Of a stretch of DNA of 64,000 nucleotides, positions 17,955 through 27,554 are shown one piece after another (the stretch's first letter is position 1; the number at the start of each line of letters is the position of its first letter). The position numbers were made by a program, and so were the translations under genes. The DNA comes from an uncultured delta proteobacterium (GTDB lineage: Bacteria; Myxococcota_A; UBA9160; UBA4427). The stretch lies in assembly GCA_963822965.1 (NCBI GenBank), contig CAWGJT010000005.1, positions 1,312,001 to 1,376,000 on the forward strand. The letters are read 5' to 3'. Under the pieces are notes generated by a model. It was not told the origin of the DNA, made no database searches, and was given only the letters and a program-made list of their open reading frames with translations.

Positions 17955-20882
17955 TCAGCGTCTTCGCAGACGGATGGCGCGGAGAGCCGCGAGCCCGGCC
18001 AGGCCCGCCAGCAGCCCGCCCGGGACGGAGGGCTCGGGCATGTAGTGGACGCCGGCGACCGGGTTCGGCTGCGGCGCCGCGCTCGCGAGCGCGGCCGCGT
18101 TCAGCGCCTGGACCTCGGTCGCGGCCGCTGACGAGGCGAGCGCCGGACCCCCCGAGCCCGCCCCGAGGCAGCTGGCGCCGTCTGGTGAGTAGCAGTTCGC
18201 GTCGAGCACGACGTTGAGCATGCCGCCGGCGCTGTCGAAGTTGTCGATCGAGATGGCCGCGGCGTCCACGCCGATGTTGTTGTCGCTGAGGGTCAGGGAG
18301 AACAGGTCCGGGTCGAACATGGTGTCGGCGCCCAGGGACACCTGCACCGGTGGCCGGAACAGCCCGGCGGGACGCCGTCCGATGGTCAGGCCGCCCCCCA
18401 TCGCCTGGAGGCTCGCGTCCACCACCAGCGGCGGCAGGGCGGGGTTGCCCCCCGAGCTGGGCCCCGACGGGTCGAGGCCCAGCACGCTGTCGGTCACCGT
18501 CAGGCGCGTCGGTGCGGAGCGCCCCGACGAGGTGAGGGCCAGGAAGTGCTCGTCGTTCTGCTTGCAGGTGGGGCAGGCCAGCTCCTGGACCGGCGTCGCG
18601 CAGGTCTCGGAGTCGACGGATCGGCACGCCGCGCCCTGGGCGCTGGTGGAGCCCACGTCCTCGACGTTGGCGGCGCCGTTGGCCACCTGGATCGCGCCCA
18701 TCAGCGTCCTTTCCACCTGCAGGTACTTCGCGCGCACGTCGACGTTGCCGGACACCAGCAGGCCGCTGCCCAGCTCGTCCCCCAGCAGGTTCGTGATGCA
18801 GTACGCATTGGGCGGCACCGCGTCGGGATCGTCGGCGGTCAGCGGCTCGGCCGAACCGGGGCGGACGTTCGCCCCGCCGGAGAAGCTCGCCAGGGTCTCG
18901 AAGCCTCGCACGACCGAGGGGTCCGTCTCGAGGCTGCCTACGCAGGCGCCGCTGCCCTCGTCGAAGGCGAGGTCGCCGATGCGACCGCGCCCCGCCCGCA
19001 TGTGCAGGGCGATGCCCTCGCCGGAGGGCAGGGTGAGATCGGTGCCCAGCGGGTTCGACGCCGAGCCCATGCCGACGAGCTCCACCCGGTCCACCTCGAG
19101 GTTGCAGAGGCCGGTGGTGGCCGGCATGGCGAGCGCCGACGGGATGCAGGCCCCCTGGCCGATCAGGAAGGAGGAGCAGGCCCCGAGGTCGAAGGGCACG
19201 TTGCCCAGGATGTCGCCATTCGACGGGTTGATGCCGATGCGCGGCCCCGAGTCCGCCGAGCAGCCGAGCCCGAGGACGGTGTGCAGCAGGGTAGGATCGG
19301 TGACGTTCGGGTCGGCCTGCTGGTGGAAGACCAGCTCCTGGAGGCTCACGTCGGCTTCACTGGCCACCAGGCCGCTCATCGACCCGCTGATGGTCAGCTT
19401 CTCGGCCACGAAGGACCCGCGCCGGTTCTTGCCGGCCGCGCAGTGTCCCGAGTCGCTCCCGAGATCGAGAGGATCGCTGGCGATGCAGGGATGCGATGTG
19501 TGCAGCCGCGGGCCGGGCGCGATCCCGACGCCGACCCCGCCGCCGACGAAGTCGATGTGGCTGTCGCCCAGCAGGCTCATGCTGCAGCCCGAGCAGCCGA
19601 AGCCGGTCTGCTGCTGCGACGCGGCGTCGTACAGGGCCGCCGTGCCGCCTCCGTTCGGGAACAGGGCGTAGTCGGGCGCGGCCCCGTCGAAGGTGCCCAC
19701 CACGTTGTGCATCCGCAGGTCCACGTCGCTGCCGGTGACCCCGACCTCGTCGTCGAAGAAGACCACGTGGCGGCCGTGCACGGGGGGAGCCTGCGCGCCG
19801 GGCGAGCCGGTCCCGAGATCCACCGGCGTGAGGGAGCTGACGCGGACCCCGACGAACAGGTCGCTCGAGGTCGGCCGGTTGCGCTCGACCACGGCGGACG
19901 GAACGCGGACGAAGAGCACGTTGACGCCCTGGATGTTCTGTACCTCGGTCTCGCCGAGGGCTCCCTCGGCCATGTTCTCGCCGAGCGTGTAGCTGGTCTC
20001 GACCAGCGGTGCGTGCACGCCGCCGTAGAAGTTGCTGCCCACCAGGTCCGGAGGGCCGACGGTCGCGGTCTCGAGGGTGGAGTCGAGCTCCTCGGTCAGG
20101 CGGGTGAGCCCGAAGAAGCTGGCCGAGTCGGCGATCGTGGTCTGCGAGCCGAAGGCCAGCACCTCCACCGCACCGATCCGTAGGCGCGGCACGCCCAGGC
20201 CGTCGAGGATCGTCACGCGTCCTTCGGCCCCGCCCGGCGGCACCTCGCCGAGGTCGAGGCTCCAGCCGGCGGGCAGGCTGAGCAGGTGGGTGAAGACGAG
20301 GTCGTTGCCCACGCCGATCTCGGAGATCGGCACCTCGTAGCCGACGGCGACGCCGTTGGCGTGACTCGACAGGTGCAGGTCCAGGTCGGGCCCGGTACCG
20401 ATGGTCCGGGGCACGAAGGTCGAGCGCGCGACGGCGCTCTGCCAGGTCGACTGCAGGAGCGAGGCGGTGCCCGGGGCGTAGTAGGACAAGGTGAGCCCCG
20501 AGACCCCGTGCGGAGAGATGCCGACGACGGGGTCGGGCGGGTAGATGCTGGGCTGCGCCGGTGTGCCGAGCCCGCCCTCGGGCGCGATCTCGAGCCCGAT
20601 GGCCGAGCCGTAGCGCATCCGGAAGGAGGGCGTGCGCACGTGGAGCACTCCCGTGGTGTCCGCCTCCAGCAGCGCGTTGATGGTGTCCGGATCGCAGACG
20701 TCGCCGACGCCGTCGCCGTCTGAGTCCTCCTGGTGCGGGTTGACGTTGGCCGCGCAGTTGTCCGGGACGTCGTCGATGCCGTCGTTGTCGGAGTCCGCGG
20801 CTCCCGCGGCGCCCGGAAGCAGCAGCACGAAGGCTCCGCACAGCAGGAGGAGGAGCTTCGAGTCGATCGGTCGGCACGCCAT
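17955..20882 (-). CDS. Large PEP-CTERM protein with thrombospondin type-3 repeat
   Basis: Signal peptide; DSDNDGIDDVPDNC..NPHQEDSDGDGVGDVCD; C-terminal MPEP + TM + RLRRR. Confidence 0.85.
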   Translation of the reverse strand: MACRPIDSKLLLLLCGAFVLLLPGAAGAADSDNDGIDDVPDNCAANVNPHQEDSDGDGVGDVCDPDTINALLEADTTGVLHVRTPSFRMRYGSAIGLEIAPEGGLGTPAQPSIYPPDPVVGISPHGVSGLTLSYYAPGTASLLQSTWQSAVARSTFVPRTIGTGPDLDLHLSSHANGVAVGYEVPISEIGVGNDLVFTHLLSLPAGWSLDLGEVPPGGAEGRVTILDGLGVPRLRIGAVEVLAFGSQTTIADSASFFGLTRLTEELDSTLETATVGPPDLVGSNFYGGVHAPLVETSYTLGENMAEGALGETEVQNIQGVNVLFVRVPSAVVERNRPTSSDLFVGVRVSSLTPVDLGTGSPGAQAPPVHGRHVVFFDDEVGVTGSDVDLRMHNVVGTFDGAAPDYALFPNGGGTAALYDAASQQQTGFGCSGCSMSLLGDSHIDFVGGGVGVGIAPGPRLHTSHPCIASDPLDLGSDSGHCAAGKNRRGSFVAEKLTISGSMSGLVASEADVSLQELVFHQQADPNVTDPTLLHTVLGLGCSADSGPRIGINPSNGDILGNVPFDLGACSSFLIGQGACIPSALAMPATTGLCNLEVDRVELVGMGSASNPLGTDLTLPSGEGIALHMRAGRGRIGDLAFDEGSGACVGSLETDPSVVRGFETLASFSGGANVRPGSAEPLTADDPDAVPPNAYCITNLLGDELGSGLLVSGNVDVRAKYLQVERTLMGAIQVANGAANVEDVGSTSAQGAACRSVDSETCATPVQELACPTCKQNDEHFLALTSSGRSAPTRLTVTDSVLGLDPSGPSSGGNPALPPLVVDASLQAMGGGLTIGRRPAGLFRPPVQVSLGADTMFDPDLFSLTLSDNNIGVDAAAISIDNFDSAGGMLNVVLDANCYSPDGASCLGAGSGGPALASSAAATEVQALNAAALASAAPQPNPVAGVHYMPEPSVPGGLLAGLAGLAALRAIRLRRR

Positions 20883-21177
20883 GGGGTCCGCTCCCTGCCA
20901 GGCTCGGCCCAAGCATACGACGACACAGATGAGTGATTCCAGCACGGCGGCGCCCCGGAGCATCTTCCCCGCACCCGCCCCCCCGCGGGGGGGGGCGGGG
21001 TGCGGGGCTGCCGGGTCGCGCACCACCAGGTGGTCGCGCAGCTCGTTCCGTGGATCGGGGGCTCTCGCGACGCCGGTCGCGCCGGGATCAGTCGTCGTGA
21101 GAAGGGACGCAAGCTCGAGGACTTCCCGGTCGAGACCAACGGCCAGGCGCTGGTGGAGGCGGTCCGGATGATCCCGG

Positions 21178-21492
21178 GGCATCCTCGGCTGTCCGAATCT
21201 CGACGACGGCCGTGGCGGGCGCGGGGCGCTCTTCGCCGCCGTGCGCGGGCAGGGCACGCGGGCGCTGCCGCTCTGGGGCGACGGCCTCGAGGGCCCGGCG
21301 GTCGCCGTCTCGAAGGCGACGTCCCTGGCCGAGGCGCGCTTCTGCGAGTCGGTCGAGTCCGACCACTCCGACCAGGCGCAGTCGGCGCGGATCGCGGAGC
21401 TTCTCGGCATCACCCAGGAGCCCTTCCGCATCGACAGCCAGTGCAACTACGCGGCGATCGCCCGAGGCGACGCGTCCATCTACCTGCGACCG
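21178..21492 (+). pseudogene. 3'(2'),5'-bisphosphate nucleotidase (HAL2-like), internal fragment
   Basis: GILGCPNL, AVRGQG, FCESVESDHS, RIDSQCNYAAIARGDASIYLR; no start or end. Confidence 0.75.
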
Positions 21493-21689
21493 GGTGATCG
21501 AGGTCGTCAAGCAGGTGCGCGCCGGAGGCTGAGCGCCGGCGCCACCAAGCCACGCCACCACGCCGCGACGGCTCGTGCCGCTTCTCTCTCGCGTCGTCCT
21601 CGCGTCGTCGAGTGAATCTCATCGACTTCGCCGCACCTCTGTGTCACGGTGGATCCCGTGGGATTGTCCACCGGGAAGAAGGAATTCGC

Positions 21690-22379
21690 ATGCCCAGGCA
21701 GCTCTGGATTGGAGCCCTCTGCACGATCGCCCTGGTGGGCCTGTGGGCGAGCCGGGCCAGTGCATTCGCGTTCGACATGGTGCCGCGGACTCCGACCACG
21801 GGGCTGGACGTCAGCGACTCGGTCACGGTCGACGTCTTCTTCGACGCCACGGACGTCGACGTCTACGCCTTCGACCTCCGCGTCCTGTCGAGCAACGCCA
21901 GCGCCATCCACTACGACGCGACGGCCTCCGCGGCGCTCGAGGCATCGGGTGATGCGGGTCCGGGTACACAGCCGGCCTACATCCTGTACGACCCCGGGAT
22001 CGGGATGTCCCTCCCGGCGGTGGCCCTCTATCCGTTCCAGACGCCGGTCTGGCCCACCTGGCCCACACCGCCGCCGGGAGAGGAGGAGGTGCAGATCGGC
22101 TTCCTGATCCCAAACCTCACCGGCCCGTACGGGACCCGAACCACGGGGACCGGGATCTGGATCGCTTCGCTCGTCTTCCACGTCGGCTCGGCGATCACGT
22201 CGGAGAGCCTGGCCCTCTCGGTGAGCAGCCTGCAGCAGGGTTTTGGTCCGTATCCGGTGGACCAGATCGGGCTCAGCTCACCGATCACCCTCACGGGCGT
22301 CCCCGAGCCGGCGACCGGCCTGCTGATGGGCGTGGCGCTCGTCGCAGGCGTCGCACGGAGCGCGCGGCGGCCCGCGTAG
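21690..22379 (+). CDS. PEP-CTERM surface protein
   Basis: AAGGA RBS, signal peptide (RASA), C-terminal VPEPATGLL + TM + RSARR. Confidence 0.85.
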   Translation: MPRQLWIGALCTIALVGLWASRASAFAFDMVPRTPTTGLDVSDSVTVDVFFDATDVDVYAFDLRVLSSNASAIHYDATASAALEASGDAGPGTQPAYILYDPGIGMSLPAVALYPFQTPVWPTWPTPPPGEEEVQIGFLIPNLTGPYGTRTTGTGIWIASLVFHVGSAITSESLALSVSSLQQGFGPYPVDQIGLSSPITLTGVPEPATGLLMGVALVAGVARSARRPA

Positions 22380-22406
22380 CAGGACCCCGCTCACGCGGGT
22401 ACCCGC

Positions 22407-22595
22407 TCAGGCGCTCGCGCGCTGCGGGCCCCGCACCAGCTTTCCCGGCAGCGCGCCCGTGGGCGTGCCGTCCTGGTAGATCACCTCGCCACTGCAGATC
22501 GTGTAGCGGTAGCCGTCCACCTTCTGGATGAGCCGCTTCCCGGCGGCGGGCAGGTCGTAGACCATCTCCGGCGCGTGGATGTGTAGCGCGTCGAA
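22407..22595 (-). pseudogene. N-acyl-D-amino-acid deacylase, C-terminal fragment
   Basis: PEMVYDLPAAGKRLIQKVDGYRYTICSGEV...TGALPGKLVRG. Confidence 0.75.
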
Positions 22596-22608
22596 GCCTC
22601 CGGGGTCA

Positions 22609-22719
22609 CGGCGGCGGGCCCTCGAGCAGAAGGGCCAACGCCGCGCCGCCACCGCGAGGAAGCTCGGGATCACGCGGGAAGGGCTGTACAAGTAGATGAA
22701 GCGGCTGGGGATCGGGTGA
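22609..22719 (+). pseudogene. Fis-type HTH fragment of a sigma54 activator
   Basis: RALEQKGQRRAATARKLGITREGLYK*MKRLGI with in-frame TAG at 22693-22695. Confidence 0.65.
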
Positions 22720-22803
22720 GGCGGTTGCAGGGCCCGCCGCGATCATCGAGCAGGCGCTTCGCTGGGGGCTTCGATCGGGCGGCGGTATCCTCTGCCCCCG
22801 ATC

Positions 22804-25491
22804 ATGATCCTGATAGGCGACTACCTGCTGGACGATGAGCGGACGGAGCTCTATCGCGACGGAGCCCGGATCGAGATGCAGCGCCTCCCCCTCGAGCTGC
22901 TGCGTCACCTGATTCGGCATCGCGACCGGACCGTCGAGCGAAGCGAGCTGCGCGCCGCCCTCTGGCCCGATACCCACGTGAGCGACGGCGCGCTCAGCTC
23001 CGCCGTCTACGCGCTCAGAAGGGTGTTGGAGGACCACGACCGTGAGGAGGCCTGGGTGCGGACCGTCCGGGGACGAGGCTTCCGCTTCGAGGGCCCGTGC
23101 CGGGCGATCGGAGTGTCGATGGACCTGCGAGCCGACCCGATCCCGTTCGTGCACCGGGAGAGCGAAATGGCGCGCCTGGATGCGCTCCTGCGACGCGCCG
23201 TCGCGGGCAGCGGTTCCGTCGTCCTGGTCGAGGGCGCGCCCGGGATGGGAAAGTCGCGGCTCGTGGCCGAGTTCAGTCGACTCCCCGCGCATGCGCGCAA
23301 GGCGATCGCCCGTGCGGAGCCGGACGCGGGCTCGCCGCCCGGAGCGACGCTGCACGAGGCCCTCGTTCAGCTGAGCCGCCGATCGCTCCTCCCGGAGGAC
23401 ATCGCTTCCCGCGGCGATCCTCTCGATCGCCAGCGGAAGGAGCTCGGGGCGCAGCTGCTGACGGCCGTCGAAGAAGGCCCGTTCACCCTCATCCTCGAGG
23501 ACCTGCACTGGGCCGACCCCCTGACGCTGGCGACCCTCTCCCACCTGGCGCGAGAGATCCCGGGCCTGCCGATCCTCCTCGTCGCGACGTTCCGGCCGGA
23601 AGAGGCGGGACGCGCGGCGGAGCACCTCCTGCGGCTCGCTCTCCAGCCCGGCGTCGAGCGGATTCGCCTCGGCGCGTTCTCGGTCGAGGCCGTGTTCTGG
23701 GTGCTGTCGCGGGTGCGGGGGGGCGTGCCGACACCGGACGAGGTCGCCGACGTACTGAAGCGCAGCGAGGGAATCCCCCTCTACGTTGCGGAGCTCGCGC
23801 AGGTGCCCGCGTCGGAGGCCGGCTCCGGCGGCGGGTTGCCGGTCGATCGCCTGCTCCAGGAACGGATCGCCACGCTCTCCGCGGGAACGCGCGCCGCCAT
23901 CGGAGTCGCGGGAGTCTACGGCGCCCGCTTCGATCTCGGCCCGCTGCAGGCCGTGGGCGGCGAACGGGTGCCGCGGGGCCTGGACTGGCTCGAGGAAGCG
24001 ACGAGCGCGGGCGTGCTGCGCCGCGACGAGCGCGACCCCCTTCGCTACCACTTCAGCCACGCGCTGCTGCGCGATGCGGCCGTGCAGGAGATGCCGGCGC
24101 CGGAGCGGGCCGCCATCCACGGCCGGATCGCGGCGCGCCTCGAGGAGCTGCACCCGGATCCGCCGGACCACGTCGTCGACGCGATTGCGCGTCACTGGGG
24201 CGCAGCGCTGCCCTACGTCGGCGACGTCGATCGGGTCATGGCCTGGGATCTCCGCTCGGCCCGTCTGGCGGCCCGGCGACGGGAGTGGCCGCGGGTCACC
24301 GAGCTGACCGAGCGCCTGCGGCGCTGGATCGAAGGCCTGCCTCGGGACGATCCACGGCGCGCGGCCGCCCTCGAGCTGGAGCTTCTCGCCGCGAGCGGCT
24401 CCTTCCTGGCCCGGACGCTCGACGAATCCCGCGACGCCCTCGAGCGCGCGGCCGTCCTCTACGAGGCGGGTGCGGCATGCGATGACGACGCCACGCTCTT
24501 GTTCGGCCTCCAGGGAACCTACGGGGTCTTCGCGGCCGATTCCGAATGGACCGAGCGCGCCGTCGCGCGCCTCGCCGAGCTGGAAGGGCCGACCGCGTCC
24601 GAGGTCGGCCGCGCCCTGGCGCTCCTCGCGGACCTGCGGCGGGGACGATTCGCTGCCACAGTCGAGCGCGGCGCCGAGCTCGCCGACGCGGACCCGGCCG
24701 ACGTCGATGGGCTCCCGCTTCCGTACTCACCGGTCGGCCTCGCGCTCACGAACGCCGCCCTGGCCGCGTGGGCGGTCGGACGAGACCGCCAGGCCCGGGA
24801 GCTCCTGGCGATCGCCGAACGTCGCGCGGTCGCTCGCGGCGAAGCGCTCGACCAGGCCATGGCGCTCTTCGGCGCCTGCGTCGTGCACGAGCTGCGGCGC
24901 GACTGGCGCACGTTGCGCACGGTCGCCGCCCGCCTCGACCCGCTGTGTCACGAGCACGACCTGACGCGCTTCCACGGGGCGGGCTTCTCCTTCGAGCAGT
25001 GGGCCCGCGAGCAGCTCGAAGGCTCGAACGCAGCCTTCCATTTGATCGGCCGCGTGGTGCGCGATCGCAACGACAGCGGCGAAGCCAACGCCTTCCGCTC
25101 CTGTCTGCTCGGACTGGCGGGCCGCATGCTCGCCCATGGAGGCCGCCCGGAGGAAGGCCTCGACTACCTCGTCGAGGCGGAGCAGGTGGTCCGCGCCGGC
25201 GGCGAGGAGCAGTTCCGCGCGGAGGTCCTCCGCCAGCAGGCCGAGCTCCGCGCCAGTCTGGGCCAACGGGAAGCCGCAATCAGCCTGGCGAAGGAGGCCC
25301 ATGACCTCGCCGCGGAGCAGTCCGCACCGATCCTCGAGCTCCGCGCCCTGGTGACGTGGCTGCTGGTGGACGACCGCCCGCCGAGAAGCGCGAAGGCGCG
25401 GCTCGCCCGGCTCTCCGGTGAGCTCGCGGGCGTCCTCCAGCCCGCAGAGCTCGAGGCCATCCAGCGGCTGTCCCGACGCGCGGGACGCTGA
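22804..25491 (+). CDS. Winged-helix (OmpR/CadC-type) + AAA ATPase + helical repeat transcriptional regulator
   Basis: VRTVRGRGFRF wHTH end; Walker A GAPGMGKS; Walker B ILEDLHWAD; YHFSHALLRDA. Confidence 0.9.
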   Translation: MILIGDYLLDDERTELYRDGARIEMQRLPLELLRHLIRHRDRTVERSELRAALWPDTHVSDGALSSAVYALRRVLEDHDREEAWVRTVRGRGFRFEGPCRAIGVSMDLRADPIPFVHRESEMARLDALLRRAVAGSGSVVLVEGAPGMGKSRLVAEFSRLPAHARKAIARAEPDAGSPPGATLHEALVQLSRRSLLPEDIASRGDPLDRQRKELGAQLLTAVEEGPFTLILEDLHWADPLTLATLSHLAREIPGLPILLVATFRPEEAGRAAEHLLRLALQPGVERIRLGAFSVEAVFWVLSRVRGGVPTPDEVADVLKRSEGIPLYVAELAQVPASEAGSGGGLPVDRLLQERIATLSAGTRAAIGVAGVYGARFDLGPLQAVGGERVPRGLDWLEEATSAGVLRRDERDPLRYHFSHALLRDAAVQEMPAPERAAIHGRIAARLEELHPDPPDHVVDAIARHWGAALPYVGDVDRVMAWDLRSARLAARRREWPRVTELTERLRRWIEGLPRDDPRRAAALELELLAASGSFLARTLDESRDALERAAVLYEAGAACDDDATLLFGLQGTYGVFAADSEWTERAVARLAELEGPTASEVGRALALLADLRRGRFAATVERGAELADADPADVDGLPLPYSPVGLALTNAALAAWAVGRDRQARELLAIAERRAVARGEALDQAMALFGACVVHELRRDWRTLRTVAARLDPLCHEHDLTRFHGAGFSFEQWAREQLEGSNAAFHLIGRVVRDRNDSGEANAFRSCLLGLAGRMLAHGGRPEEGLDYLVEAEQVVRAGGEEQFRAEVLRQQAELRASLGQREAAISLAKEAHDLAAEQSAPILELRALVTWLLVDDRPPRSAKARLARLSGELAGVLQPAELEAIQRLSRRAGR

Positions 25492-25506
25492 GCCCCACGA
25501 AGCGCC

Positions 25507-26352
25507 TCAGCGGCGGCGCGACGATCGCCACCGGCCCAGCGCGGCCAGACCCGCGATGCCAGCCAGCACGCCTGGCGTCGCGGCCGGCTCGGGAACCGCG
25601 ACGGCGTCCAGATCCGCGGCCACCCAGTCCGCGTCCTGCGCCGAGCCGTCGTAGGCCAGCGACCACTGCATGCCGGGTGCTCCGGCCGGATCGAAGAGGA
25701 GGACGTCCTCGTCGGCGAACGCGACGCCGGACACGCTTCCCGCGCGGTCGAAGGACATCGCGAAGCGACCGTCGTCCAGGGCGTGGACCCCGTCCAGGTC
25801 GAGACCGGCCGCGATGCCCTCGGCCGAGCCGTCGAAGAAGAGCTGGTAGGTCAAGAAGAAGTCGTCCCGTCCCAGCAGATCCTCGTCCGCCACGACGATG
25901 TTGCCCAGGTCGGCGGCCTTGTCGAAGGACAGGATCAGGGCGTTCGTCGTCTCCGTGACCGCGTCGATCCCGACGTCGGGGGGAATCCCCTGTTGCGATC
26001 CCTGCCACGCGAGCTGGTAGCCCGTGCCGTCGTAGCGGACCACGTCGCGCGGCTCGACGACGACGCCGCCGAGCACCGCCGGCTTGTCGATGGCGAACAG
26101 CCGATCGCCGTTCGGACGCAGGTGGTAGGCGGTCACATCGACGCCCGCCGGCAGCGGGCCCAGGTCGACCGGGGTGGTCGTCCCGGCCAAGTCGTCGAGG
26201 GCAACGCTCTGATCCGTCACCACGGTGGCGTCGAGCACGACCGCCTTGTCCGGGGAGGCCGCGACCGGGTACTGGGCGGAGGCCGGGGCCGCCGCGAGGC
26301 CGATCAGGAGAAGGAGCCCGAGTCCCGCGCGGCGAGTGTGCACCCGAGCCAT
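25507..26352 (-). CDS. PEP-CTERM protein with internal acidic beta repeats
   Basis: Signal peptide; about 3 repeats (xDAV/GV..LSFD..DED(V/L)L); C-terminal VPEP + TM + RRR. Confidence 0.85.
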   Translation of the reverse strand: MARVHTRRAGLGLLLLIGLAAAPASAQYPVAASPDKAVVLDATVVTDQSVALDDLAGTTTPVDLGPLPAGVDVTAYHLRPNGDRLFAIDKPAVLGGVVVEPRDVVRYDGTGYQLAWQGSQQGIPPDVGIDAVTETTNALILSFDKAADLGNIVVADEDLLGRDDFFLTYQLFFDGSAEGIAAGLDLDGVHALDDGRFAMSFDRAGSVSGVAFADEDVLLFDPAGAPGMQWSLAYDGSAQDADWVAADLDAVAVPEPAATPGVLAGIAGLAALGRWRSSRRR

Positions 26353-26353
26353 C

Positions 26354-27283
26354 CTACTCCTCGATGCACCAGGTGCTGATGGCGAGGCCGCAGGAGACGT
26401 TCGGCGTCTTCTGCCAGCCACCGTCGGTGTACCAGGCCCAGGTCGTGCAGAGTCCCACGTCCGCGTCCACCCAGCCTCCGACGTTGAGTATGCCGTTGGT
26501 CGCGAGGCTCACCGGGTAGGCCTCTGCGGTCTCCGTGTACACCAGGTTCGAGGGATCCTCGAGCTCGAGCGAGCGCGCCGGCCGGTAGCCGGGGCCGCAG
26601 CTCAGGTCCGCGTTCGCCTGCGGCTCGCCGAGGGAGGACAGGTAGTAGCGACGCTCGGACTCGGGATTGCAGGGGTCGCCGGTGCACACGTTGACCGCGG
26701 TGGCGACCGCGTTGCCCGACGCGTCCGGGCTGTTGTTCGTGAGCACGTTTCCGCCCCAGGCGGTGCCGGCGCCGAGGGACGCACCGGTGCCGAGGTTGTT
26801 GGCGATGCGGTTGTTGCGGACGATGGAGTTCTGGAGCACGACGAGGCCGGCTCCTTCGTTGGTCCGGATGACCAGATCCTCGACGAGGGCCCGCTGTCCC
26901 AGCACGACCCCGCTCGCGCGGAAATCCTCGACCACGCCGTTGCGGACGGTGACGTCGTTGGCGCTCGCGCCGTCGATGCCGTTCTGGATGTTGATGACCG
27001 GGCAGACGGCCAGGACGTTCACGCACGGTCCCACGGTGAATCCGGCGAGGTCGAGCGTCGCCCCGTCGGTCTGGATCGAGATCGCAGTCGTGCCATTGCT
27101 GCCCAGGAGATTGCTGGTGAGCACATAGCTGCCCTGCTTCGTGATCTCGACCGGCAGGCCGGGGCCGTCGCCGGGGAAGCAGCCCCCGCTCACGCAGGCC
27201 TGGTCGATCTCCAGCACACCATCGCCGGCGTGCGCCATCCCGGCGACCAGGATCGAGAGCAGAGCGAGCCGGATCTTGTACAT
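26354..27283 (-). CDS. Secreted right-handed parallel beta-helix protein
   Basis: DGVLEIDQAC..GCFPGDGPGLPVEITKQGSYVLTSNL, TLDLAGFTV, beta-helix-like N/G repeats, Cys-rich C-terminus. Confidence 0.8.
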   Translation of the reverse strand: MYKIRLALLSILVAGMAHAGDGVLEIDQACVSGGCFPGDGPGLPVEITKQGSYVLTSNLLGSNGTTAISIQTDGATLDLAGFTVGPCVNVLAVCPVINIQNGIDGASANDVTVRNGVVEDFRASGVVLGQRALVEDLVIRTNEGAGLVVLQNSIVRNNRIANNLGTGASLGAGTAWGGNVLTNNSPDASGNAVATAVNVCTGDPCNPESERRYYLSSLGEPQANADLSCGPGYRPARSLELEDPSNLVYTETAEAYPVSLATNGILNVGGWVDADVGLCTTWAWYTDGGWQKTPNVSCGLAISTWCIEE

Positions 27284-27469
27284 GGACCTTCCTCTCCTGT
27301 CTGCAACGCCTCGCAGCCCGTCCCGGAGCCGCGGTCGCGGACCATGGTCCCCCAGCGTCTGCCCGCCGTACTTGAGGAGAACTTGATGATTCGCCCGAAC
27401 CGAACGCGCCAAATCAGGGAAAGCCCTTCTAAATCAATCACTTGAGACCCTTGCAGGCGTGGGAGTCCC
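27219..27469 (-). repeat. 251-bp direct repeat, copy A (upstream region + RBS + signal peptide)
   Basis: Aligns with 28870-29120; both encode MxxIRLALLSILVAGMAHAGDG. Confidence 0.92.
27432..27444 (+). promoter_or_regulatory. Candidate IHF binding site
   Basis: AATCAATCACTTG fits WATCAANNNNTTR exactly; copy B (29084-29096) has one mismatch. Confidence 0.4.
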
Positions 27470-27554
27470 GCGCGGGCCGGACCGCAGGACGGCCGTGGCA
27501 CGATCGCGGCGGGGCTACGGGCGAGCGACCCGCCGCCGACCGCCTCGCGGTCGC

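Noticed and set aside
27395..27412. Sigma54 promoter in the duplicated leader
   Set aside because: The -12 GC element is missing and the -24 GG is not conserved in the second copy.
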